From sequence record MF547662.1: DNA of 64,000 nucleotides; one strand, given 5' to 3'. Source of the stretch: Clostridioides phage LIBA6276. Below the pieces are notes generated by a model. That model ran no database searches and was not told where the DNA came from. It saw only the letters and a list, made by a program, of their open reading frames with translations. Positions 29,655 through 39,299 of this stretch are shown here, piece after piece. The stretch's first letter is position 1; every line of letters starts with the position of its first letter. The translations under genes were made by a program, and so were the position numbers.

Positions 29655-32600
29655 ATGAAACGTGGAGGTAGTGTACTTCATGAGTATGGCGTCAGTTTAG
29701 GTGACACAGTGGGTATGATAACAGCAACAAATGAAGCGATACAAAATCCAGAAAAAGTAGGTAATGGTTTAAAAAGTGTCGCAATAAATTTAGCAGGTAT
29801 GAAAGTTTCAGCTGATGATGGTACACTTTCTTTAAATAAAACTGCAAAAGGCTTAAAGGAAATAGCTGGAATCACAATTTATAAAAATAAAGATACTGGC
29901 GAATTGAAGAATATGGTTCAGCTCTTAGATGAGTTGAAAGGCAAATGGGGAGAACTCAGAGAGGATGAACAAAAAGGATTGGCTGAAGCAATAGCAGGTA
30001 AGCAACAAGCAGCTATATTCCAATCCTTAATGGGTAATTATGAGACTTTTAAAGAAATAAGGGAAGAATTCAGTCAGGGGCTTCAATTTGGTTCGGCTGA
30101 GGCTGAAAACAAACAATATTTAGATAGTCTTGCAGGGCGTTTAAATGAGTTGAAAACAATATGGGCAGATATATTCCAAAATGTATTTAATTCAAATACA
30201 ACATATGGATTTTTAGATGGTTTAATATCTGTATCTAATGGAATAAATAGTGTTATAAAAACATTAGAAAGATTAAAATTAACAACACCAGCATTAATAG
30301 GAAGTTTTATGACTTTAAAAACGTTATTCTCTGGTATGGGAATGACAAATGGTACTAGAAATGTGGCTAGACTTATAAATCCTTTAAATATGATAGGAAC
30401 TCCTATTAAAGCTACAACTACAATACTACAATCATTTAGACATGCAGTAATGGCGGCAAATGTAGCTGGTGCTAATGGAGCAAATGTAATTACTAGAGCA
30501 GGAACAGGTTTGGGAGCATTAAGAAAAAGTTTATCTAGGACTTCTATTGGTATTGGAACATTAAATATAGCAACAAGTTTGTTGAACGGGGCTATGATAG
30601 GTTTGGCTACTTTTGCTATATCTAAAGGAATACAATGGATAGATGATACTATTCACAAGTATGAAAAATTAGCAGAAAAACAAAAAGAAGTTATTGGAAC
30701 TACTACAAGCGAGATAAGCTCCTTGCAACAAAAGAAAAAGAGTTTAGAAGGTATATCAGAAGAGTACAATAATTTAGCTAGTAAGACCGAAAAGACTGCT
30801 GATGAAACTGAAAGATTTAGCGAACTTAAACAACAAATTGCAGATATAGCACCAGAATTAGTATTGGGTGTAGATGAGAATAATGACCCTATTCTAAATA
30901 TGAGTGGTAACTTAGATGAGGTCATTAATAAATTAAGAAAGGCTATAGAAGAAAAAAATAAACTTTTAAAGTCTCAAGAAGATGAACTTGCAATAACTAC
31001 ATCAAAGACTGCACCAGATACAAAAAAAGACCTTGATAAAGAAAAGAAAAAACTTGATAAAGTTCTTGAAGATGAGCATAATTTATTTAAAAATGCTTTA
31101 AGTAAATCTAATTTTAAAGAACAAACAGAAGCATTAAAAAAGGCTTACAATCAACAAGAAACAGATTTTGCAGAACATCATCAAAAACTTCTTACTGAAT
31201 ATGAAAAATATAATGAAGAAGAAGAGGTAATGCAGAAAAGGGCGATTAATAGATTAACTAATTCTGATATATCTAAAACATATGCTAAACAATCTGAACA
31301 AAAGAAAAGTAAAATGAATGAGCTTGTAGCTAATATGAATTGGCATGACTATAGTGTAGGACAACAGAATAGCATTATAAGTGCTTTTGATAAAATAAGT
31401 GAGTCAATTCCTGTTGAAAAATTAGACCAGTGGAATAAGAAGATAACTGATGCTAACATAAATTATCAAGCATCTGGCGATATGAACCAATATACTAAGG
31501 AACTACAAGGTTTAGCAAATGAACTTCAAAAGCTAAGTGGTGGAAGTATAAGTGCTGATACTTGGCTTATTGGATTACAACAAGGTTTTTCTGGATTAGA
31601 CTTAGCCAGTATGAAATTACATACTTTCTTGAAAAGTTATGGTTCATCTTTAGCTGAACTTGAAAACAAAGACAGTCTTGCAATAAAGCTTAAAAATCAA
31701 TTTGATGCATTAAATGATTTTTCTCAAAATTTAGAAGTCAATGGTAAAATCAATGTAAAACTGCTTGAAGATATACAAAGTGGAGAAGCTGGTCAAGATT
31801 TACCACAACAACTAAAAGATATAATAAATGGATTCACATTTGGAGAAGATTCACAAATAGAAGCTCAGGCTCAATTAGCCCTACAAGTAACAACTACGTT
31901 GCAAAACGAAGGTCAATTATCTGATGATGTTGTTAAACAATTAAATGACTTATTTAAGGGTAAATTACAATTAACAGATGACATTCTTAAAAATGGACTA
32001 AAAATCAGTGATAAGTTACCTGCATTGCCAGGAAATATGGTTCAAGCATTAAATGAGCAATTTGCAAATGCTTTTACAGGAGACAATGCTCCTGAAATCA
32101 CACCTAGTGTAAATGGAGAAAAAGCTAAAAAGGAATTAAAAGAGTTAGAAAAATTCAAACAAGATACTTTTAAATCAGATAAAATTGTGACTGAAATTAA
32201 TAATAAAGGACTAGATTTCGCAAAAAAAGACTTGAGTGTATTAAAAGAACAGTTGGATAGATTTAAAAATGAAGATACAAAGTTGTCTTTTACTACAGAT
32301 TGTGCAGATGCTTTTAAAGATGTAAATTCTTTAGAGGAAGCTAGAAAAAAAATATCTGCTCCAATGAGTTTAAAATATGATATAGATGTAGATAAAAAAG
32401 GATTGACTGAAGCAAAAAAAGTCTATGATATTTTACCTGATAATCTCAAAAAAAAGATAGAAACAGAAGTAATAGGTATAGATAAATTAGACACATTACA
32501 AAACTTAATAGATAAAGCTCCAAATAAAAAAGAAACTATATTTGAAATAATTAATAAAAATCCAGATAAGCTAAATGAGATAGATGAAATTCTTAATAAC

Positions 32601-35600
32601 GTTCCAAATGATAAAAAGGAAGCTGTTATTGATTTTATAGTAAATAATTTAGACCAACTTGAAAAAGCTAAAAATGTACAAGAATTTATAAACAATTTAC
32701 CTCCAGAAATAAAAAAACAACTTGGAATAGAAGTTGAAGGAGGAGAAAATGCAGAGAAAACTGTTAATACAGTTCAAAATGCAGATGGAACTAAGGCTGA
32801 CCTTTTAGTAAATGCAGAAGTAAATGGAGAATCACAAGTAGTTGAATGCATAGAAACATTGGATAAGAATGGTAATAAAACATACACTCCTAATTTAAAT
32901 CCTCAAGTTAATAATAGTGAAAAAGTTGTTCAGTGCATGAGAATATTAGATGAATATGGAAATGAATCTTATATTCCAATTGTAAGTCCTCAAGTTACTA
33001 ATGAAGAAGGGCTTAACAGTACTAAACAAAAAATGGATGAGTTAGATAATAAAACAGTAACTTCAACTGTACAAATAAAGACAGAAGGAGAAACTGAAGT
33101 TGAACAAGCAACCAATTTTATAGAAAATACAAATCCAACTAAGGTTATTGAGTTATCCATAAACAACTCTGGTAAAGATGAAATTGACAATACAAAACAA
33201 AAGTTAGATGAACTTAATAATGAAAAAGCCACTCCTACTATTGAAGCTACAGGTGCAGAACAAGCATCCAAACAATTAAATCAATTATCACAAAAAGCAC
33301 AAGAAATTGGGCAAGGTAATTATCATATAAATGTTAGTACTTCAACTGAACAAGGGGCTAAGAATATTTCAGGACTTATAGCTAGAGTAAAACAATTCTT
33401 AGCTTTGAAAGTATCTACACTTGTATTTAGAACTGAAACTGCACAAGCAGCAAAAAATGTATCAGGTTTGTTAGCCAAAGTACAAAGTTATGTTAGCCGA
33501 TATGGTGGAAAAACTATAAAGACTACATTTAGTGCATTAACTGCAACTGCTGCAAAGAACATATCAGGGCTTATTAGGAAAATAGAGTCATTTAAATCAA
33601 ATTATGCAGGAAAAACATTCACTACTACATTTGTAACTAATAAAGTGACTAATAGTTCTGGTGGTGGAGGAGGAGGAAATAGTTCAGATAAGACCAATAA
33701 AACTGAACGTACCTCTGTTACTAATGTAACTCCAATTCCAGCTAATCTATTAGCTCAACCTAGAACATCAGAACCAGCACCAATAAGTGACGAAACTCCT
33801 GTAACACCAAAACCATCCTTATTCTCAAGAGCAGTATCAAGAGCCACATCCGCTTTCAAAGTAATCAAACCTAAAGTTACAATAAACAATGACACAATAG
33901 ACTCATCTGTAAAATATAGTATAGAATTATTTAAAGAGTTAGAAAATGCTATATCAGCAGTAACAAATGAAATAGCTCTATTAGACAAAAAAATGGAACA
34001 TGCTACAGGTGATGAGAAGATTAAATACTTACAGGAGCAAAATAAATTATTTGCTCAACAAAAAGATTTAATAAAACAACAACAAGATGGATATAAAGCT
34101 GAAAGTAACAGACTTAAAAATAGATTAAAAGAAAAGAAAATGGGCTTTAAGTTTGATGATACTGGAAATCTAACTAACTATGAAGAAAAGTTAATATCAA
34201 TAGAAAAAGAATTAGACAAATTAAATTCAAAGTCTGGTGACAAAGAAAATAAAAAAGATGAATCCAGAAAAAAAGAGTTGGAAGAAACTAAGAAAGTCCT
34301 TGAAGAATATATTAAAGTTACATTTACAGAACTGCCTAAATGTGAGCAAGAATGGGAAGAATACAATAATAAAATTAAAGAACACAATGAGGAGTTAAGG
34401 AAAGCACAAGAAGAAATGTGGAAACTTAATAAGAATTCCACATGGACTTCTATGTACAAAGATGTAGAGCAAGTAAATAATGAAATAGCAATGATAGATG
34501 TATTACTTAAAAATGCTACAGGTGATGAGCAGATAGAGTTGTTAGAAAAGAAAAAAGAGTTAATGGCCAAGAAGGCTAAAGAACTATCTGAAACAACAGC
34601 ATATCTTCAAGAAACACAAAAAGAGCTACAACAAAAGCTACAAGGCTATGGATTTACATTTAGAGATAATGGCGATATAACTAACTTCATTCAACATAAA
34701 AATCAACTTAAAAAGAACATGACTGATGAAGAATTTAAGAGAATGGAAGAGGCAGCAGAGGGATATTTGGATTTATTGATAAATAAAATACCTGATGCCA
34801 ATAAGGAAATTGCTGAATCTAAGGAAGAAATTGAAGCATTAAATAAAGAAATTCAAGATGCTTATAAAGACCAGCTTAAAGAAGCTCAAAGCCTACAAGA
34901 AAAAATTAGAGACATGTATAAAAAAGAGCTTGAAGAGAGACTTAAAGAAATAGATAAAGAAACTAAAGCTAAAATTGATTCTCTTAAAAAGCAACAAGAT
35001 GCTTACAATGATTCAAGAAAAGAAGCCAAATATAAAGATGATTATGAAGAACAACAAGATGTAATAAGTGATTTAGAAAAACAAATAGCAATAGCTGAAA
35101 GAGATAGTTCTTTAAGTGGTCAGAAGAAACTTAAAGATTTACAAAAACAATTAAAAGAAGAACAGAAGAAATTACAGGATTTAGTACAAGACCATGTAGA
35201 CGACCAAGTTAACGATATGTATGACAAGGAATCTGACAGACTACAAGAAGAAGCAGATAAGTTAAAAGAAGAGTTAGAGAAAAAATACTCAGATGAAAAT
35301 TTAGTTGATTTAATTAATGAAGCAATTTCAAGCGGTAAATTTGTAGGTCTTGATGGAGAGGTTAAGAAACTTCAAGATGCTATTATTGAATACATAAATA
35401 AATATGAAGATGGTATGTTGGCAATGGGTTCTGTCACTAAGCAGGAATGGCTCGATAGATTAAAAGAAGGTAAAGAGACATTAGAAGATATTAATGACAT
35501 ATTGGATGAATTAGATTTAAGTAAATTTGCTATGCCTAATTATAATCCTCCTTCAAATTCTCGTTCAAGAAGTACATCTCCAATATCAGCAGTTAATTAT

Positions 35601-35723
35601 AATTCACCATTTGTTGTTGTACAAGGGAATGTAACTAAAGATGTAATGCCTGAATTTGAAAAGAAGATGAGGAAAATGATTGAAGAAAATAACAAAAAAA
35701 TTATTTCTAATACTAGGTCTTAA
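29655..35723 (+). CDS. tail tape measure protein, C-terminal segment
   Basis: 2022 aa, long coiled-coil/low-complexity stretches, Gly-rich hydrophobic N-terminal region typical of TMP; frame is open from 29616. Confidence 0.6.
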   Translation: MKRGGSVLHEYGVSLGDTVGMITATNEAIQNPEKVGNGLKSVAINLAGMKVSADDGTLSLNKTAKGLKEIAGITIYKNKDTGELKNMVQLLDELKGKWGELREDEQKGLAEAIAGKQQAAIFQSLMGNYETFKEIREEFSQGLQFGSAEAENKQYLDSLAGRLNELKTIWADIFQNVFNSNTTYGFLDGLISVSNGINSVIKTLERLKLTTPALIGSFMTLKTLFSGMGMTNGTRNVARLINPLNMIGTPIKATTTILQSFRHAVMAANVAGANGANVITRAGTGLGALRKSLSRTSIGIGTLNIATSLLNGAMIGLATFAISKGIQWIDDTIHKYEKLAEKQKEVIGTTTSEISSLQQKKKSLEGISEEYNNLASKTEKTADETERFSELKQQIADIAPELVLGVDENNDPILNMSGNLDEVINKLRKAIEEKNKLLKSQEDELAITTSKTAPDTKKDLDKEKKKLDKVLEDEHNLFKNALSKSNFKEQTEALKKAYNQQETDFAEHHQKLLTEYEKYNEEEEVMQKRAINRLTNSDISKTYAKQSEQKKSKMNELVANMNWHDYSVGQQNSIISAFDKISESIPVEKLDQWNKKITDANINYQASGDMNQYTKELQGLANELQKLSGGSISADTWLIGLQQGFSGLDLASMKLHTFLKSYGSSLAELENKDSLAIKLKNQFDALNDFSQNLEVNGKINVKLLEDIQSGEAGQDLPQQLKDIINGFTFGEDSQIEAQAQLALQVTTTLQNEGQLSDDVVKQLNDLFKGKLQLTDDILKNGLKISDKLPALPGNMVQALNEQFANAFTGDNAPEITPSVNGEKAKKELKELEKFKQDTFKSDKIVTEINNKGLDFAKKDLSVLKEQLDRFKNEDTKLSFTTDCADAFKDVNSLEEARKKISAPMSLKYDIDVDKKGLTEAKKVYDILPDNLKKKIETEVIGIDKLDTLQNLIDKAPNKKETIFEIINKNPDKLNEIDEILNNVPNDKKEAVIDFIVNNLDQLEKAKNVQEFINNLPPEIKKQLGIEVEGGENAEKTVNTVQNADGTKADLLVNAEVNGESQVVECIETLDKNGNKTYTPNLNPQVNNSEKVVQCMRILDEYGNESYIPIVSPQVTNEEGLNSTKQKMDELDNKTVTSTVQIKTEGETEVEQATNFIENTNPTKVIELSINNSGKDEIDNTKQKLDELNNEKATPTIEATGAEQASKQLNQLSQKAQEIGQGNYHINVSTSTEQGAKNISGLIARVKQFLALKVSTLVFRTETAQAAKNVSGLLAKVQSYVSRYGGKTIKTTFSALTATAAKNISGLIRKIESFKSNYAGKTFTTTFVTNKVTNSSGGGGGGNSSDKTNKTERTSVTNVTPIPANLLAQPRTSEPAPISDETPVTPKPSLFSRAVSRATSAFKVIKPKVTINNDTIDSSVKYSIELFKELENAISAVTNEIALLDKKMEHATGDEKIKYLQEQNKLFAQQKDLIKQQQDGYKAESNRLKNRLKEKKMGFKFDDTGNLTNYEEKLISIEKELDKLNSKSGDKENKKDESRKKELEETKKVLEEYIKVTFTELPKCEQEWEEYNNKIKEHNEELRKAQEEMWKLNKNSTWTSMYKDVEQVNNEIAMIDVLLKNATGDEQIELLEKKKELMAKKAKELSETTAYLQETQKELQQKLQGYGFTFRDNGDITNFIQHKNQLKKNMTDEEFKRMEEAAEGYLDLLINKIPDANKEIAESKEEIEALNKEIQDAYKDQLKEAQSLQEKIRDMYKKELEERLKEIDKETKAKIDSLKKQQDAYNDSRKEAKYKDDYEEQQDVISDLEKQIAIAERDSSLSGQKKLKDLQKQLKEEQKKLQDLVQDHVDDQVNDMYDKESDRLQEEADKLKEELEKKYSDENLVDLINEAISSGKFVGLDGEVKKLQDAIIEYINKYEDGMLAMGSVTKQEWLDRLKEGKETLEDINDILDELDLSKFAMPNYNPPSNSRSRSTSPISAVNYNSPFVVVQGNVTKDVMPEFEKKMRKMIEENNKKIISNTRS

Positions 35724-35861
35724 TATATGTAATTGGTCTTTATTTATTATTCACTCATTTACTTACGTTTTATAATTTATAGTCAGATTTTTTTTGAAAA
35801 TATATATTTATCTAATAAAAAATATTGTTTATAAAAAACGTATTTATGATATAATAGTAAT

Positions 35862-36003
35862 ATAAATGATATAAATTTATATCATAAAGACATAAAAAAA
35901 GAGACTACAACTATTTGTGCTAGGGTGTCTCTTCATAAATAAGCGAAGTGTTAATTAGAGGAAGAATCACCTGAATTGCCGTTCGGGTGATTCTTAATTT
36001 TTT
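35862..36003 (+). ncRNA. candidate type I antitoxin sRNA (locus 1)
   Basis: TGATATAAT extended -10 at 35847-35855; rho-independent terminator GAATCACC..GGTGATTC + T-run 35964-36003; antisense to 3' end of toxin ORF. Confidence 0.35.
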
Positions 36004-36130
36004 GCAACGTTTTCTTAAACTCATCTATTTCTTTAAAGAGTCTATTTAAATTCTGAACCAACTTAATCAAACTAATAATTATAGTTGTAAGAAATGTTAT
36101 TATCGTTAACAAACAAATTAGATATTTCAT
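35951..36130 (-). CDS. small membrane peptide, type I toxin-like (59 aa)
   Basis: MKYLICLLTIITFLTTIIISLIKL.. TM helix + charged tail; GGAGGTG RBS; own promoter TTAACA-17-TGGTATAAT; long 5' UTR. Confidence 0.45.
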   Translation of the reverse strand: MKYLICLLTIITFLTTIIISLIKLVQNLNRLFKEIDEFKKTLQKIKNHPNGNSGDSSSN

Positions 36131-36391
36131 AATATCATATCACCTCCCCTCTTGATTTGACATGGGAAGGCTTATGTATATGAAGATTCACCCTAATAGT
36201 TTTTTTATGTAGTCTCTAAAAATATTATACCATAAATTACCAATATGTTAAATTTAATATTATATTGTCTACAATTGTAAAAGAATATTGTGTTCTAAGA
36301 AGTTATTCTATTAATAGTATAGCTTTTTTATTTTTCAATGAAGATAATGACAACATTGACTATTTTGATAATATTGGAGTATAATAGTAAT

Positions 36392-36545
36392 ATAAATGAT
36401 ATAAATTTATATCATAGGGACATAAAAAAGAGACTACAAACTATTTGCTGTAGGGTGTAGTTCTTAAAGTTAACAATAAAAAGAATAGATTTATGTATTA
36501 CTTTCAGAATCACTAGACCCGCCAGTCTGGTGATTCTTTAGTTTT
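36392..36545 (+). ncRNA. candidate type I antitoxin sRNA (locus 2)
   Basis: -10 TATAAT 36380-36385; terminator AGAATCAC..GTGATTCT + T-run at 36507-36545. Confidence 0.35.
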
Positions 36546-36652
36546 CTAATAGATGCTTTCAAGTTTAAGATTGCATCTATTAGCTTTGTCAAATGATTGA
36601 TTATTCTTGTAATCATAATTATCATTATTAAAAACAAAACTAAGTACTCCAT
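36491..36652 (-). CDS. small membrane peptide, type I toxin-like (53 aa), paralog of 35951-36130
   Basis: MEYLVLFLIMIIMITRIINHL...KNHQTGGSSDSESNT; GGGGTG RBS. Confidence 0.45.
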   Translation of the reverse strand: MEYLVLFLIMIIMITRIINHLTKLIDAILNLKASIRKLKNHQTGGSSDSESNT

Positions 36653-36910
36653 AGTCTCACCCCCTTTCTTACTGGGGATTTTAACTAAAGAGCCATCACC
36701 CTAATAGTCTAAACTGTAGTCTCTAAAAATATTATACCATAATTTTCCAATATGTTAAATTTAATATTATATTGACGACAGGAGTAGAATAAAGATATAA
36801 TACAGATAACAGAAAATTTAAAAATTTTACATAAGAATTACTACTTATCTATGCCACCTTAAAAAGTGGCTATTTTTCTATTCTGGTATATATTTAAGGA
36901 GGTGTTACAA

Positions 36911-37066
36911 ATGATAAATAATATAGAAGATTGTAAGCTTCTTATTGAGGCAGAAATAAGAATGAAAGATATAGATGAAAAAGAACTAATATCTCAAAGG
37001 GAGATTCTGAAAGACCTAAATATTAATGAAAAAGACCTTGAAGATATTGAAGTGAATTTTGAATAA
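36911..37066 (+). CDS. small acidic protein (51 aa)
   Basis: ATG 36911 after AAGGAGGTG; the six-frame ORF starts at 36866. Confidence 0.3.
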   Translation: MINNIEDCKLLIEAEIRMKDIDEKELISQREILKDLNINEKDLEDIEVNFE

Positions 37067-37201
37067 TGAAATGATTTATAATATACCTATTTTAAATATG
37101 TATTAGTTGATATCAGTAATCGTCTTTATCTAGTGATTTTTTATTTATTAACTGTAAACGAATCTGTTTTACAAAAAACGTATCTGTGGTATAATAAAAG
37201 T

Positions 37202-37307
37202 AAGGAATTTAATCTACTTAATACAAAGAGTGATTGTTTCCTTAAAGTTAATTAAAAATTAATTTATCTTTTGAAACCACTCTTATTGGCGTCTGAGTGG
37301 TTTTTTG
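37202..37307 (+). ncRNA. candidate type I antitoxin sRNA (locus 3)
   Basis: TGGTATAAT at 37187-37195; terminator AACCACTC..GAGTGGTT + T6 at 37275-37307. Confidence 0.35.
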
Positions 37308-37380
37308 CTTTATCATATATGTAACAAGCTATTAAACTTGTTGCAATATTTAGGCAAATATTAAACACTACTGTTTCCAT
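37264..37380 (-). CDS. type I toxin-like peptide (38 aa)
   Basis: METVVFNICLNIATSLIACYIYDKAKNHSDANKSGFKR: hydrophobic helix + YIYDK + basic tail; GGAGGTG RBS; paralog at 57552-57683. Confidence 0.5.
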   Translation of the reverse strand: METVVFNICLNIATSLIACYIYDKAKNHSDANKSGFKR

Positions 37381-37582
37381 AAATTCACCTCCTTATAAAA
37401 AAATAAAGCGAGGCTCACCTCCTTCCTTTGAAGAAGTAGGCTAAATACAGAAACAACCACTCTTAGCACTTTCGATTTAAAATTCCTTACTATACTAGAT
37501 TATACCATAATTTTACAATTAATAAAATATTTTAGCTCATCTTAATTGATGGGCTTTTCTAATACAAAGAAGGTGATAAAAT

Positions 37583-39298
37583 ATGCATTTTAATGTGAAT
37601 CTTAAACAGATAAAATCTGATTACACATTAACCATTCACAAGATGAACAAATCATTTTTAGGTCAAATTCCAATCAACTTTTTAAACTCGATAAAGCGGG
37701 AGCTTGGTGGAGTAGATGAAATACAACTGACCATTCCAAAATATATTACAGATAGATTTTTATTTAATAAAATAATAAATCCCATTTTTGAAGAAGTAAA
37801 AGAAGAACGTCTTATTTGTCTTAATAATAAAGAGTACTTTGTAATTAAGAATGTTGTAACAACAGATGATAAGTTAAAAGTAGTAACAGCTAAATCTAAA
37901 GAAGTTAAACTAGGAAAAATTGATGTGAATATTGAGGACTATGGATTACAGATGTTTACCAAAGATGAAGAAGCATCTATTATATCTCTTAATGATTATT
38001 TAAAACAAGAGACAGGCTGGAAACTTGGTTATGTGGATGATTCAATTGCTTATGAAACTGATAGTGAAGGTAATAAGAGAGAAAAGGTAAGATGGCAAGA
38101 AAGTATTAATTCTAACTGGTTAGACTATTTTAATAATGAACTAAAAGAACAATTTGAATGTATAGCTGATTTTGATACTTATAATAATTTAGTTAATTTG
38201 TATCATATAGATAGTTTTGGAGATAACATTCAGTTATATTTATCTCATGATAACTACATAAAATCACTTGAAAGAACTACAAATAGTGATGATATAGTAA
38301 CTAGACTGAAGCTTGAAGGTAGTGAAGATATGAATGTAATAGGAGCTACAGTTACAGGATATGATTACATTGAGAACTATTCTTATTTCTTAGACAATAA
38401 AGAAATGAGTGAAGAACTTAGTAGAGCTATAAAGAAATACCAAGAAATGAATGAAATAAGAGAGCCAATTTGGAGAGAACTAATAGATACAAAGCTTAAG
38501 AAGCAAAGAGAACGTGATAGTAAAAGCAACGAATGGCAAATGGTAATAGAGATGATAAGTAAGAAAAAAGATATAAAAAAGACATATGATAATCCACAGC
38601 ATAAAGATGAAATAAATTCAGCTAAAATAGCAGTAGAGATAAGTGAACTAGAAGATAAAAAAGTCATATTGGATGTTCAAATAAAACATTTAGAAGAAGA
38701 AATAGCTAAGTTAAATGAAAGTATAAAAGATATAAATATTCTTTGTAAGAGGGAGACTTCAACTGATGAGGATGGATATCTAATATTTAATGAGGTTCTA
38801 TTAGATGAATTAAATGAGTTCCTCTACTATGACACTTATACAAATGATGCTTTTTTAAAAGTTGAAGATTTAATAGCAGAAGGTAAAAGGCAATTAAGTT
38901 TGAAATGTATTCCAACACGAGAATGGACTCTGGATGTTATAAACTTCTTAGATAGAATTATAGATATTAATTTTAGACAGCATTGGAAGGGTGATTTGAG
39001 CTTAGGAGATATTATAGTGTTACATAGCAAAGAATCTAAAGAAGAAGAATTAGTATATTTTACATCTTTTACCCAGAATTTAAAAAACGGGAAGTTAGAT
39101 ACTTTAGAATTAACTTTAAGTAATAAAAAAATAAAAGAAGATGACAAAAGAACTATAGCTGATTATTTGACTAAAGCTGAACACGCAACAAGAACATTGA
39201 ACTCTAAAAGACATTTATTTATTCAGCAACAGAAGAAAAGAATTAACCTACCAGATGAATATATTCCTAAGAAAAATATACAAAAGGAGTTGATGTAG
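37583..39298 (+). CDS. putative distal tail protein (Dit-like)
   Basis: 571 aa; first gene after TMP/TA loci; RBS GAAGGTGATAAA. Confidence 0.4.
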   Translation: MHFNVNLKQIKSDYTLTIHKMNKSFLGQIPINFLNSIKRELGGVDEIQLTIPKYITDRFLFNKIINPIFEEVKEERLICLNNKEYFVIKNVVTTDDKLKVVTAKSKEVKLGKIDVNIEDYGLQMFTKDEEASIISLNDYLKQETGWKLGYVDDSIAYETDSEGNKREKVRWQESINSNWLDYFNNELKEQFECIADFDTYNNLVNLYHIDSFGDNIQLYLSHDNYIKSLERTTNSDDIVTRLKLEGSEDMNVIGATVTGYDYIENYSYFLDNKEMSEELSRAIKKYQEMNEIREPIWRELIDTKLKKQRERDSKSNEWQMVIEMISKKKDIKKTYDNPQHKDEINSAKIAVEISELEDKKVILDVQIKHLEEEIAKLNESIKDINILCKRETSTDEDGYLIFNEVLLDELNEFLYYDTYTNDAFLKVEDLIAEGKRQLSLKCIPTREWTLDVINFLDRIIDINFRQHWKGDLSLGDIIVLHSKESKEEELVYFTSFTQNLKNGKLDTLELTLSNKKIKEDDKRTIADYLTKAEHATRTLNSKRHLFIQQQKKRINLPDEYIPKKNIQKELM

Positions 39299-39299
39299 A

